A stretch of 63,819 nucleotides of DNA, counting the filler. It is 5 parts of 5 records of this genome, joined end to end, with 100 filler letters (N's around TTAATTAATTAA, not from the genome) between each part and the next. Parts side by side here need not be neighbours in the genome. Positions count along the whole stretch, not along the records: positions 27,959 to 52,671 come from DRR723986_23089; positions 52,772 to 58,618 come from DRR723986_23103; positions 58,719 to 63,819 come from DRR723986_23371; 2 more parts are not named here. One strand, 5' to 3'. Under the pieces are notes generated by a model. It did no database searches. It had not been told where the DNA came from and saw only the letters and a program-made list of their open reading frames with translations. This document shows, piece by piece, positions 51,602-61,290 of the stretch (position 1 is its first letter; each line of letters starts with the position of its first letter). A program made the translations under genes and the position numbers.

Positions 51602-52485
51602 TGACCAAATTTATAGGTACAGGTGTAGCATTAATAACACCATTTAAAGCAGACTTAAGTATAGATTATGATGCTTTAGAGCGACTGGTTGAATACAACA
51701 TAGAAAATGGTACAGAATACTTGGTTATTAGTGGTACCACAGGTGAAAGTGTTACAGTAACTCCGCAGGAGAAAAAAAGTTTGGTACAATTTATTGCCAA
51801 GGTTAATAATAACCGACTACCATTGGTTTTAGGTATTGGTGGAAACAACACGGCTAATATAATTGAAGAAATTAAGTCAACCGATTTGTCTTCAATTGAC
51901 GCAATATTATCTGTTTCACCATATTACAGTAAACCTACTCAAGAGGGTATTTACCAACATTTTAAAGCTATATCAGAAGTATCACCTAAACCAATAATTT
52001 TGTATAATGTACCTGGTAGAACTTCATCTAATATGCTACCTGAAACAACCATTAGATTAGCTAAAGATTTTGACAATATTATCGCAGTAAAAGAGGCAGG
52101 TAATAACGTACATCAATATCTCGAGTTATTAAGAACAAAACCTGATGATTTTTTAATTTTATCTGGTGATGATGATCTTGCCTTAGGTGTTGCTTTGGCT
52201 GGTGGGTCTGGTGTAATTTCGGTAATTGGTCAGGCATTGCCAAAAGAGTTTTCAGAAATGATTCGTTTAGGTATTGCTGGTAAAGCAAAAGAGGCATACG
52301 ATTTCCATTTTAAATTAATGCCTATTACAAAACTGATATTTTCTGAAAATAATCCAGCAGGTATAAAAGCAGTTTTAAGTGGATTAAATATATCTAATCC
52401 GCATGTGCGTTTACCACTGGTTGAGGCTACAAACCAGCTTAAAGATGAAATCTTAATTGAACTTAGGAATTTGGGTAAAAGTTAA
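51601..52485 (+). CDS. dapA: 4-hydroxy-tetrahydrodipicolinate synthase
   Basis: ALITPF, GTTGES, LYNVPGRT, VKEA, SGDD. Confidence 0.97.
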   Translation: MTKFIGTGVALITPFKADLSIDYDALERLVEYNIENGTEYLVISGTTGESVTVTPQEKKSLVQFIAKVNNNRLPLVLGIGGNNTANIIEEIKSTDLSSIDAILSVSPYYSKPTQEGIYQHFKAISEVSPKPIILYNVPGRTSSNMLPETTIRLAKDFDNIIAVKEAGNNVHQYLELLRTKPDDFLILSGDDDLALGVALAGGSGVISVIGQALPKEFSEMIRLGIAGKAKEAYDFHFKLMPITKLIFSENNPAGIKAVLSGLNISNPHVRLPLVEATNQLKDEILIELRNLGKS

Positions 52486-52593
52486 ACTTAATTTAAATAA
52501 TATTAAAGCCTAAAAACAACAGTTACTTTAGCGAATAATAATTGTTTTCAAAATCCGTTAATAATGCTTACTTTTGCATCCTGTTTAAAATTT

Positions 52594-52671
52594 ATGAATA
52601 GAAGACTATACATACTATTAATTGGCATATTACTTGTTTCTTGTAGTGATTTTCAAAAGACCTTAAGGTCT
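52594..52671 (+). CDS. bamD: Outer membrane assembly lipoprotein BamD, 5' end (truncated)
   Basis: MNRRLYILLIGILLVSCSDFQKTLRS: lipobox plus S-x-F/Y-Q-K-x-L; bamD usually follows dapA in flavobacteria. Confidence 0.7.
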
Positions 52672-52771
52672 NNNNNNNNNNNNNNNNNNNNNNNNNNNNN
52701 NNNNNNNNNNNNNNNTTAATTAATTAANNNNNNNNNNNNNNNNNNNNNNNNNNNNNNNNNNNNNNNNNNNN
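52672..52771. other. Artificial contig spacer
   Basis: 44 N + TTAATTAATTAA + 44 N. Confidence 0.98.
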
Positions 52772-53431
52772 TGGCAGATGTTTGAAAAGCACATGAAAGA
52801 CACCGAATTCAAAGATGTGCACATCCTGGCCACTTGGGTGCATGGCCCGGGCATGATTCATACCAATGTGCCGGTGAATACGCCTGCCGATATGAACGGT
52901 CTGAAAATTCGCGGCGGCTCGCGCTCGGTGAACTCGCTGCTGACAAAGCTGGGCGCCACCCCCGTTGGCATGCCCGTGCCTGCCGTATCCGAAGGGCTGT
53001 CGAAAGGCGTGATCGATGGCACAACCATTCCATGGGAAGTGACGGCTGCGCTGAAAGTGCCGGAACTGGTGAAAAACCACACCGAATTCTCGGGTTCGGC
53101 GCTGTATACGCTGACCTTCGTGCTGGCGATGAACAAAGACAAATACAACGCCCTGCCCGACGATCTGAAAGCGGTGATCGATCAGAACTCGGGCGAGGAA
53201 TTCTCGGTCTTTGCAGGCGGCACGCAAGCCGATGCCGATGGCCCGGCGCGCGATAATGCTGTGGCTTTGGGCAACAACATTATCACCTTGGATGCCGAGG
53301 CCACCAAGGAATGGCGCGCGCTGGCGCAGCCCATCTATGATGAATGGGTGGCCGATATGAAGGGCAAAGGCATCGACGGTCAGGCACTGATCGACGAGGC
53401 GCGCATGCTGATCGACAAATACACCGAATAA
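52772..53431 (+). CDS. TRAP transporter substrate-binding protein DctP, 3' part
   Basis: DMNGLKIR, LGATPVGMP, GVIDG, MNKDKYNALP. Confidence 0.9.
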   Translation, partial: WQMFEKHMKDTEFKDVHILATWVHGPGMIHTNVPVNTPADMNGLKIRGGSRSVNSLLTKLGATPVGMPVPAVSEGLSKGVIDGTTIPWEVTAALKVPELVKNHTEFSGSALYTLTFVLAMNKDKYNALPDDLKAVIDQNSGEEFSVFAGGTQADADGPARDNAVALGNNIITLDAEATKEWRALAQPIYDEWVADMKGKGIDGQALIDEARMLIDKYTE

Positions 53432-53455
53432 TCTACCTGCCATTCCAAGGCATTG

Positions 53456-53487
53456 GGCCGCGTCCTATGGGCGCGGCCTTTTTCTTT
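53456..53487 (+). terminator. Rho-independent terminator
   Basis: GGCCGCGTCC-TAT-GGGCGCGGCC-TTTTTCTTT. Confidence 0.85.
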
Positions 53488-53488
53488 G

Positions 53489-53552
53489 TGCGAAAAAATG
53501 CACAATACCGCGATGTTTTCTTGCGCGATATGCGTTATGATGCATAATACCC
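53489..53552 (+). promoter_or_regulatory. Putative BoxR/BzdR-type operators upstream of the benzoate-CoA ligase
   Basis: TGCG-N6-TGCA at 53489-53502 and 53531-53544, each followed by YAATACC. Confidence 0.55.
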
Positions 53553-53679
53553 TCAGGAATCGCGGGTGCTGTGCGTTTTATCCCCGTCAGGGGCGGCAGA
53601 AGGAGGAGCTGCTGCAAAACACCCGGCACCGCGGCGGCGGGCAAACAGACCCGCCCGCCGCGCAAACAGGGAGGGTGAG

Positions 53680-55224
53680 ATGAGCCAGTGCAGCAATGCC
53701 GCCAATTACTTTGTTGATCGCCATCTGCACGAGGGGCGCGGCGATAAGCTGGCCTTTCGCGAAGCAGACGGGGCCGAGCGCAGCATAACCTACGGGCAGT
53801 TGGCCGCGCTATCGGCGCAGGCGGCCGGGGCCTTTGGCCGGGCAGGGGTGCGCCGCGAAGAGCGCGCCGCGCTGCTGATGCTTGACCAGATCGAATTGCC
53901 GGTGCTGTTTTGGGGCGCGTTGAAGGCGGGGGTTGTGCCCATTCCGCTCAACACGCTGCTTTCTGCCCAAGTTTACGACACGATTTTGCGCGACAGCCGT
54001 GCCAGCATCTTGTTTGTCTCCCAGGCGCTTTACCCCGTGGTGGCGCCAGTGCTGGCAGATAACCCGCATCTGCGCCAGGTCGTGGTGGTGGCCGATCAGG
54101 CGCCGCAAGGCTGCCAAACCTATGGCGCCTTTATCGAAGGGGCCGAGGCCATGCCAACGGTGGAAACATCCGCCGATGAGATTGCGTTTTGGCTCTATTC
54201 CTCGGGCTCAACCGGCCAGCCCAAGGGCGTGCGCCATGTGCATTCCAGCCTATGCGCCACCGCCGATACCTATGGCGCAGAGGTGCTGCAGATTGCCGAG
54301 GATGACACCGTTTTTTCGGTGGCAAAGATCTTTTTTGCCTATGGTCTGGGCAATGCCATGACATTTCCCATGTCGGTTGGGGCCAGCGTTGTGCTGTATT
54401 CCGGCCGCCCCACCCCCGATGCGGTGGACGCCATTTTGAAAACCCATGCGCCCAGCGTTTTTTGTGGTGTGCCAACGCTTTATGCGGCGATGGTGCATCA
54501 CTGGGAAAGTGGTGCCGCCAGCCTGCCGCCCATCGCCTTGCGCGCCTGCATTTCCGCGGGCGAGGCGCTGCCCGAAGAGGTGGGGCGCAAATGGCACGGG
54601 CTGTGGGGGGTCGATATCATGGATGGTGTCGGCTCGACCGAGATGCTGCATATCTTTTTGTCAAACAAGCCGGGCGATGTGGTTTATGGCACCTCTGGCA
54701 CGGCTGTGCCGGGCTACGAGGTGCGGCTGGTTGATGAAAACGGCGCCGATCTGGGGCCGGGCTGTGTGGGCGAATTGCTGGTGCGTGGGCCCTCGTCGGC
54801 GGATGGGTATTGGAACCAGCGCAACAAATCCCGCGCCACGTTCGAGGGGGCATGGACGCGCACGGGCGACAAATACGAATGCCTTGAAAATGGCCGCTTT
54901 GTCTACTGCGGGCGCACCGATGACATGTTCAAAGTGTCGGGCATCTGGGTGAGCCCCTTTGAGGTAGAGCAGGCGTTAATCTCGTATCCAGGCGTGCTCG
55001 AGGCGGCGGTTGTGGCCTGGCGCGACGAGGATGGGCTGGAAAAGCCCAAGGCCTTTGTGGTGATGAAGCCCGCCAGCGCCGCGCCTGCCCAAGAGGCGCT
55101 GAAAGAGCATGTGAAAGAGCGGATCGGCAAATGGAAATACCCCCGCTGGGTGGAATTTGTGGATGATTTACCCAAAACCGCCACCGGCAAAATACAACGT
55201 TTCAAACTGCGCGAGGCGGTGTGA
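53680..55224 (+). CDS. Benzoate-CoA ligase family protein
   Basis: WLYSSGSTGQPKG, FFAYGLGN, SAGEALP, DGVGSTEMLHIF, PKTATGKIQRF; GGAGG RBS before ATG 53680; box context. Confidence 0.92.
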   Translation: MSQCSNAANYFVDRHLHEGRGDKLAFREADGAERSITYGQLAALSAQAAGAFGRAGVRREERAALLMLDQIELPVLFWGALKAGVVPIPLNTLLSAQVYDTILRDSRASILFVSQALYPVVAPVLADNPHLRQVVVVADQAPQGCQTYGAFIEGAEAMPTVETSADEIAFWLYSSGSTGQPKGVRHVHSSLCATADTYGAEVLQIAEDDTVFSVAKIFFAYGLGNAMTFPMSVGASVVLYSGRPTPDAVDAILKTHAPSVFCGVPTLYAAMVHHWESGAASLPPIALRACISAGEALPEEVGRKWHGLWGVDIMDGVGSTEMLHIFLSNKPGDVVYGTSGTAVPGYEVRLVDENGADLGPGCVGELLVRGPSSADGYWNQRNKSRATFEGAWTRTGDKYECLENGRFVYCGRTDDMFKVSGIWVSPFEVEQALISYPGVLEAAVVAWRDEDGLEKPKAFVVMKPASAAPAQEALKEHVKERIGKWKYPRWVEFVDDLPKTATGKIQRFKLREAV

Positions 55225-56039
55225 TGATTTGGAATAACGGCGCGGGCCACCTGCAGGCTGGTGGGTTTGATCTGGAATATCAATGCTTTGGTCCGGCGCC
55301 GGGGCAGGCGCCCACCATTGTGCTGCTGCACGAGGGGTTGGGCTCGGTCGCGCTGTGGCGTGATTTTCCGCAAAAATTGGCCGATGCCACGGGCTGGGGC
55401 GTGTTTGCCTATTCGCGGGCGGGCTATGGCCGCTCGGGGGCGCGGGCCTTGCCCTGGCCGCTGGATTACATGACGCGCGAGGCCACAGATGTGCTGCCTG
55501 ATGTGCTGCAGGCCATCGGCTTTGAAACCGGCATTTTGATGGGCCACAGCGATGGCGCCACGATTGCGGCGATCTACGCCGGCAGTGTCGAAGATTTCCG
55601 GGTGCGGGGGCTGGTGTTGATGGCGCCGCATTTCTTTACGGAAACCATAGGTTTGGCGGCCATTGCCCGGGCCCGCACGGCATTCCAGCAGGGCGATCTG
55701 CGCGCCAGGCTGGCAAAGCATCACGATGCGCACGATATCGCGTTTTATGGCTGGAACGACAGCTGGCTGGCCGAGGGCTTTGCCAATTGGAATGTGGCCG
55801 ATGTGATCGATTATCTGCGCATTCCCACCCTGGCCATTCAGGGCGCGGCCGATGAATATGGCACCATGGCCCAGATCGAGGCGCTGGAAACCCGCAGCTA
55901 TGCGCCTGTCGATGTTGAAATATTGCCCTATTGCGGGCACGCGCCGCATGTGGATGCGCCCCAAGCGGTGCTGGCGGCTGTGGGCGAATTTTGCACGCGT
56001 CTGGCCCGGATCGAGGCCGCAATGCCCGAAACGGCATGA
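55221..56039 (+). CDS. Alpha/beta hydrolase
   Basis: LHEGLGS, GHSDG nucleophile elbow, GHAPH. Confidence 0.88.
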   Translation: MMIWNNGAGHLQAGGFDLEYQCFGPAPGQAPTIVLLHEGLGSVALWRDFPQKLADATGWGVFAYSRAGYGRSGARALPWPLDYMTREATDVLPDVLQAIGFETGILMGHSDGATIAAIYAGSVEDFRVRGLVLMAPHFFTETIGLAAIARARTAFQQGDLRARLAKHHDAHDIAFYGWNDSWLAEGFANWNVADVIDYLRIPTLAIQGAADEYGTMAQIEALETRSYAPVDVEILPYCGHAPHVDAPQAVLAAVGEFCTRLARIEAAMPETA

Positions 56040-56491
56040 GCGCAGGCTTGCTGCCCCCTTATGCCTATGTGCCCGGCAAAACCCCTCGGCATGCCGAGGG
56101 GTTTTTTGATGCCATCCGCGCCACGGCCCAGCCCGATATGGGGCAGGCCGCCTTGCTGCACAGCCGCGCATTCAAGGCTGGCTTGGCATATCTGCAGGCG
56201 GGCTACAACTGGGAGGCGCATGAGGTGCTAGAACCGGTTTGGCTGGCCTTGCCGCCAGGCAGTGCTGCGCGCGGGTTTGTGCAAGGGGTGATCCAGCTGG
56301 CCAATGCGCGCCTGAAACTGGAAATGGGCCGCCCGCGCGCGGCGGTGCGGCTATGCGCCATCACCCGGGGGCATTGGCAGGGCGATGCGGGGCTGGGGGG
56401 CGATCTGCCCCTGGCCTGGCTGCACCAATTGCTGGCAGATGCCGAGAATCGGGCCACAGCGGAAATGCAAAATATGCATAATAATGCATAA
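56036..56491 (+). CDS. DUF309 family protein
   Basis: WEAHEVLEPVW and QGVIQLA signature; ATG 56036 overlaps the upstream TGA. Confidence 0.85.
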   Translation: MSAGLLPPYAYVPGKTPRHAEGFFDAIRATAQPDMGQAALLHSRAFKAGLAYLQAGYNWEAHEVLEPVWLALPPGSAARGFVQGVIQLANARLKLEMGRPRAAVRLCAITRGHWQGDAGLGGDLPLAWLHQLLADAENRATAEMQNMHNNA

Positions 56492-56613
56492 AATATCGCT
56501 ATCCGTTGAAATATGGTGCGGAAACCTGTAAATTAAATGCTGAATCTTGAGTGTGATTATCACTATATCGCATAAAAGGGGTTCCCAGGGGCTGTGTGAT
56601 GCAATAATGTGCA
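56466..56613 (+). promoter_or_regulatory. Putative BoxR/BzdR-type operators upstream of boxC
   Basis: TGCA at 56466, 56475 and 56485 (TGCA-N6-TGCA at 56475-56488), and TGCA-N6-TGCA at 56600-56613, in an AT-rich promoter patch. Confidence 0.6.
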
Positions 56614-56644
56614 TTCAACGCGATAGGATTGAGGAGACGCGGAC

Positions 56645-58300
56645 GTGACCAAGGTAATCGATTTTCAAACGGACCCGTCTAAATACCGCCACTGGCGTGT
56701 CGAGTATCAGGGCGAGGTGGCCAATCTGGTCATGGATGTCGACGAGAACGGCGGCCTTTTCGATGGCTATCTGCTAAAGCTGAATTCCTACGATCTGGGC
56801 GTTGATATCGAACTGGCCGATATCGTGCAGCGCATGCGGTTTGAACACCCCGAGGTGAAAGTGGTGGTGATGAAATCGGGCAAAGACAAGGTGTTTTGCG
56901 CCGGTGCCAATATCCGCATGTTGGGGGGGGCCGAGCACGCGCATAAGGTTAATTTCTGCAAATTCACCAATGAAACGCGCAATACATTCGAGGCAGCCGA
57001 GGCGGATTCGGGCCAGAAATACATCGCCGCGGTCAAAGGCTCGTGCGCGGGGGGCGGGTATGAATTGGCCTTGGCGTGCAACCACATCATGTTGACCGAT
57101 GACAGCAGCTCGGCCGTGGCCTTGCCCGAGGTGCCGCTGTTGGCTGTGTTGCCCGGCACCGGTGGGCTGACCCGCGTCACCGACAAGCGCAAGATGCGCC
57201 GCGATTTGGCCGATGTGTTCTGCGCCATGGAAGAGGGTGTTCGCGGCAAGCGCGCGCAAGAATGGCGCTTGGTTGACGAGGTGATCGCAAACTCGAAATT
57301 CGATGCCACCGTCGCCGAACGCGCCGCCGAATTCGCCGCCGCCATGCCCAGCAAGGCCACCGCGGGTATCACCCTGGGGCCCATCCAGCGCCAGATCGAT
57401 GCAGATGCCATTCACTATTCGCTGGTCGAAGTGGCGCTGGATCGCGCCGGGCGCAAGGCCGTGATCACGCTGAACGGCCCCGATGCGCCCACGCCTGGCA
57501 GCATCGATGCGGTGCAAGAGCTGGGCGATCAATCGTATTTGCTGCGCTTGGCGCGCGAATTCGATGATGCCATTTTGCACCTGCGCAATAACGAAAAAGA
57601 TCTGGGGCTATGGGTGTTGCGCACCCAGGGCGACAGCGCGGCGGTGCAGGCTGAAGAACAGATTTTGCTTGATAATTCAGGCCACTGGCTGGCCAACGAG
57701 ATCTTGCAATATTGGAAACGCGTGCTGAAACGTGTGGATGTGACATCACGCTCGCTGGTGGCGCTGGTTGAGCATGGCAGCTGTTTTGCCGGGGTGCTGG
57801 CCGAACTGTTGTGGTCGGTCGATCGCAGCTACATGATGGAAGACGAATTCGAAGGCGATAACCGCCCGCTGGCCAGTATCGTGCTGTCACCCAGCAATTT
57901 TGGCAACTATCCCATGGGCAATGACCTGACCCGCCTTGAAACCCGCTTCTGGGGCCAAGAAGGGCAGGCCGAGGCCCTGCGCGCCCATATTGGCCAGACG
58001 ATCGAGGCGGCCCAAGCCGACGAGCTGGGGCTGGTGACCTATATTTTCGACGATATCGACTGGGAAGACGAGATCCGCATCTTCATGGAAGAGCGCGCAA
58101 GCTTTAGCCCCGATGCCATGACCGGGATGGAGGCCAATTTGCGCTTTGCCGGGCCGGAAACCATGGAAACCCGCATCTTTGGGCGGCTAACCGCTTGGCA
58201 AAACTGGATTTTCCAACGCCCCAATGCGGTGGGCCCCGATGGCGCATTGCAGCGCTACGGCACCGGGGTGCGCGGCGATTACAACATGCAACGCGTCTAA
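56645..58300 (+). CDS. boxC: 2,3-epoxybenzoyl-CoA dihydrolase
   Basis: LKLNSYDLGVDIELAD, KVNFCKFTNETRN, LPEVPLLAVLPGTGG, RLTAWQNWIFQRPNA. Confidence 0.96.
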   Translation: MTKVIDFQTDPSKYRHWRVEYQGEVANLVMDVDENGGLFDGYLLKLNSYDLGVDIELADIVQRMRFEHPEVKVVVMKSGKDKVFCAGANIRMLGGAEHAHKVNFCKFTNETRNTFEAAEADSGQKYIAAVKGSCAGGGYELALACNHIMLTDDSSSAVALPEVPLLAVLPGTGGLTRVTDKRKMRRDLADVFCAMEEGVRGKRAQEWRLVDEVIANSKFDATVAERAAEFAAAMPSKATAGITLGPIQRQIDADAIHYSLVEVALDRAGRKAVITLNGPDAPTPGSIDAVQELGDQSYLLRLAREFDDAILHLRNNEKDLGLWVLRTQGDSAAVQAEEQILLDNSGHWLANEILQYWKRVLKRVDVTSRSLVALVEHGSCFAGVLAELLWSVDRSYMMEDEFEGDNRPLASIVLSPSNFGNYPMGNDLTRLETRFWGQEGQAEALRAHIGQTIEAAQADELGLVTYIFDDIDWEDEIRIFMEERASFSPDAMTGMEANLRFAGPETMETRIFGRLTAWQNWIFQRPNAVGPDGALQRYGTGVRGDYNMQRV

Positions 58301-58381
58301 ATTTTTGGGGTGCGCTATGGTGTGCACCCCTGTTTTCAGCCGCCATGGCACAGGCCCAAAGGTGGTTAAAGGGAGAAGCAA

Positions 58382-58618
58382 ATGCTTGATCTGATCAATG
58401 TCAGCTATGACACTCAAATCCCCAATAATGTGGGTCTGTCCTCGGATAAGAAGGTTTTGAAAGCCCTGGAAAAATGGCACCCCGGGTATATCAACTGGTG
58501 GAACGATCTTATTCCGCAAAACTTTCAGCAATCGATGGTTTACCTGCGCACCGCTGTGTCGGTTGACCCAAAGGGCTGGGCGAAATTTGACTATGTGAAA
58601 ATGCCAGAATACCGCTGG
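58382..58618 (+). CDS. boxB: Benzoyl-CoA 2,3-epoxidase subunit B, 5' part (truncated)
   Basis: IPNNVGLS..K.V.KALEKW.PGY..WW, VYLRTAVSVDP.GWAKFDYVKMPEYRW. Confidence 0.94.
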
Positions 58619-58718
58619 NNNNNNNNNNNNNNNNNNNNNNNNNNNNNNNNNNNNNNNNNNNNTTAATTAATTAANNNNNNNNNNNNNNNNNNNNNNNNNN
58701 NNNNNNNNNNNNNNNNNN
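58619..58718. other. Artificial contig spacer
   Basis: 44 N + TTAATTAATTAA + 44 N. Confidence 0.98.
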
Positions 58719-59915
58719 TTCGAAAGCGACTGGATCAAGACCGGCTGGAAAGAAGAGCGGCTGGTTTATCGGCACTTTTTCAACGAACGCACCCAGAAAA
58801 GGCGATTCTACGCAGCTTACAATCTGCAAAAACGGTTCGGCCTGCAACGCAACATCCCGCACGATCTGCAAGTCATGATTGGCAGCCAATGGTGGTGTCT
58901 GCGGCGGCGCACCGTGGAATGGATTCTGGATTTCACCCGGCAACGGCGGGACGTCATGCGGTTTTTCCGCACCACCTGGATTCCGGATGAGACCTTTTTC
59001 CAGACCCTTGTGCGCCACCTGATCCCAGAGGACGAGATCGAGGCGCGCACCCTCACGTTTCTGATGTTTTCCGACTACGGCATGCCGGTCACGTTCCACA
59101 ATGATCACTATGATCTGTTGCTGGGGCAGGATTTTCTGTTTGCGCGCAAGATCAGTCCCCAAGCCAAAGAGCTTAAAGCCCGTCTGGGGCGGCTGTATGC
59201 GGCCCATGATGTGGATTTTCAGATCTCGAACGAAGGTACTAGCCTGTACAAGTTCCTGACGGGCCGTGGCCGGATGGGGCGGCGGTTCAGCATGCGGTTC
59301 TGGGAAACCGAAAGCTCGCTGGGGCGCGAACGTGAGTTGTTGATCGTGGTGTGCAAGAAATGGCACGTCGCCAAACGTCTGTTGGAACAGATCCGTCACG
59401 TCGCAAATGTTCCGACCATCGACTATCTGTTTAACGAAGAAAGCACGCCGCTACCCGATCTTGGTGGCATCCAAACCTCGCTCGAGAAACGCACCCGTCA
59501 CCGGCGCGCGTTGATGCGGATGCTGTTTGAATATTTCAACACCGACCGGTTGGTGATCTGCATGGATTCGTCAAATCTGGATCTGATGAATGATTTTTAT
59601 TCGGATCGCTCGGTCACCCGGCTTTTGGAAATCGACTGTCATTTCAGTGACGAGTATCTGACTGGCCACGCCCATCGCGTGGGGCTGGCCGGGGAACGCA
59701 CGCCCAAAGCCACGTTAGAGCGGTTGCTGCCCACAATTCGCAACGACATGAACCATGAATCAGACCTCATTCGCGATGCAGGATTCGACCGGTACCAACG
59801 CATTCGCGAAACATCGACCGCCGAAGAAAATGCGCCCAAACTGGCCGAATTCCTGTCGATCAGCTGGGATCAGGGTCTGCGGCTGTCCCAGACAGATCAT
59901 CTGTTTTCGGACTGA
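58719..59915 (+). CDS. Core-2/I-branching (GT14-like) glycosyltransferase with roseobacter-type C-terminal domain, 3' part
   Basis: Frame open from the contig start (FESDWIKTG...); GSQWW.L, IPDETFFQT and LFARK are GT14 motifs. Confidence 0.75.
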   Translation, partial: FESDWIKTGWKEERLVYRHFFNERTQKRRFYAAYNLQKRFGLQRNIPHDLQVMIGSQWWCLRRRTVEWILDFTRQRRDVMRFFRTTWIPDETFFQTLVRHLIPEDEIEARTLTFLMFSDYGMPVTFHNDHYDLLLGQDFLFARKISPQAKELKARLGRLYAAHDVDFQISNEGTSLYKFLTGRGRMGRRFSMRFWETESSLGRERELLIVVCKKWHVAKRLLEQIRHVANVPTIDYLFNEESTPLPDLGGIQTSLEKRTRHRRALMRMLFEYFNTDRLVICMDSSNLDLMNDFYSDRSVTRLLEIDCHFSDEYLTGHAHRVGLAGERTPKATLERLLPTIRNDMNHESDLIRDAGFDRYQRIRETSTAEENAPKLAEFLSISWDQGLRLSQTDHLFSD

Positions 59916-59918
59916 ACC

Positions 59919-59940
59919 CCGGGGGCGACACCGCCCCCGG
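59919..59940. terminator. GC hairpin between convergent genes
   Basis: CCGGGGGCG-ACAC-CGCCCCCGG; no clear U-tract. Confidence 0.55.
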
Positions 59941-59950
59941 ATCACAGGTC

Positions 59951-60466
59951 TTATTTGAACGTCGCAACACCGCTATAGCTGGCGATCAGGGGCTGTTCGT
60001 AGGGGAATTTGATAACAAACGTGTCGGTCTGGATGTTCTGACCTTTGTATGTCTCAAGCTTGTAATCCTCGGTCACGCGCCCTGTGACGGTCACCGTGTC
60101 GCCGGTTTTCTTGGCGTCCAGAACTTTGAAATCCCGACCCAGCTCTTCGTAGCCTTTGAAGTATTCAAGGTATTCTTCGGGGATTTCCATATCGGCGTAT
60201 TGCTGGACCTCTGCGGCGGTGAAATTGAACACGTCATCCGGGATGCCATAGCCATATTTGGTGGTGTAGACCGCAGTTGCATCAGGCATAAACATATTAA
60301 TCATCGGCGGATAATTTTCCGCGATCAGATGGGTGTAAAAGCTTTCGACCAGCTCTTTGGCATCGGCCACTTCATCCGCAGCAGCGGTTTGCGCTGCGAC
60401 GAGCATGGCAAAGCCAACACCTGCCGCCGTGGCTTTTGCAATCTGACCTTTAAAAATACGCATCAC
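59951..60466 (-). CDS. Hypothetical secreted protein, possible NTF2/SnoaL-like fold
   Basis: AGGAG RBS; Ala-rich signal peptide (AQTAAA-D); helix-then-strand pattern. Confidence 0.65.
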   Translation of the reverse strand: MMRIFKGQIAKATAAGVGFAMLVAAQTAAADEVADAKELVESFYTHLIAENYPPMINMFMPDATAVYTTKYGYGIPDDVFNFTAAEVQQYADMEIPEEYLEYFKGYEELGRDFKVLDAKKTGDTVTVTGRVTEDYKLETYKGQNIQTDTFVIKFPYEQPLIASYSGVATFK

Positions 60467-60572
60467 GACACTCCTAATTCATTTACTGTCTAAAACGACA
60501 AATAAGAACCACCTTTCCTCTCGGCAAGATGCGCGGCACAGATTTTTCGACACAATCGGCAACCAAACGCCA

Positions 60573-60600
60573 ACGGCCGCCCAGTTTTCCGGGCGGCCGT
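60573..60600. terminator. Hairpin downstream of the DUF1523 operon
   Basis: ACGGCCGCCC-N8-GGGCGGCCGT. Confidence 0.6.
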
Positions 60601-60637
60601 GTGTTTTCAAACGTATTTCAAGGCCTTGGGGCCAGCG

Positions 60638-61279
60638 TTATTTGCGCCAGGTATCCAACCACCGGCGAAACCGGCCGCGTTTTTCATCAATCGCATCGCC
60701 CGCCGCATAGAGGCTGTCTTCGACGCTTTCGACCATCGGGTCGATCCGCGCCTCACGGAAGCGGCGCCAGCGCACATAGATCGCCCAGAACAGCGCGCCG
60801 AACACCACCAGGAAGATGATATTGAACCACGGGATGATCCGCTCGTCGGGGCTGTCCACCTGCCAGATCTTTACCGCGTTGGGAAAGATCGAGATGAATT
60901 CATTGCGCCAGCCATAGTGCCGCATCGCCACCCATTTGGGGGCCTCGGCCGAGGATTTCAGATCCGCCGCTTCGGCCTGTAGGTTAGAGGAGTTCAGCTT
61001 GAAATATGGTGGCCAGCTCCAACCGGTGTCTTCGTTGCGGTAGACCATGACTTTGCCATTGGCCAACCGTGTCTGAATGAAAAACACATCCCGGTTGGGC
61101 GTGGTGGCATCGCTGCCCACGTCCTGCGCGGCCCAAAACAGGCTGTTCTCGCCCGGATCGATCCGCTTTTCGTAGGTATCCGTGATGCGGACAAAATCAT
61201 GCTTTGGCAGCGTATAGTGCAGCGCCGCCGCAATCGTCCCCCAGAACAGAATGATGAACGCCCATTTGATGTAAGCCAT
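60638..61279 (-). CDS. DUF1523 family membrane protein
   Basis: HYTLP, RDVFFIQT, VYRNEDTGWSWPPYFK, YGWR...FPN. Confidence 0.88.
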   Translation of the reverse strand: MAYIKWAFIILFWGTIAAALHYTLPKHDFVRITDTYEKRIDPGENSLFWAAQDVGSDATTPNRDVFFIQTRLANGKVMVYRNEDTGWSWPPYFKLNSSNLQAEAADLKSSAEAPKWVAMRHYGWRNEFISIFPNAVKIWQVDSPDERIIPWFNIIFLVVFGALFWAIYVRWRRFREARIDPMVESVEDSLYAAGDAIDEKRGRFRRWLDTWRK

Positions 61280-61290
61280 GGTTCAGGCCC

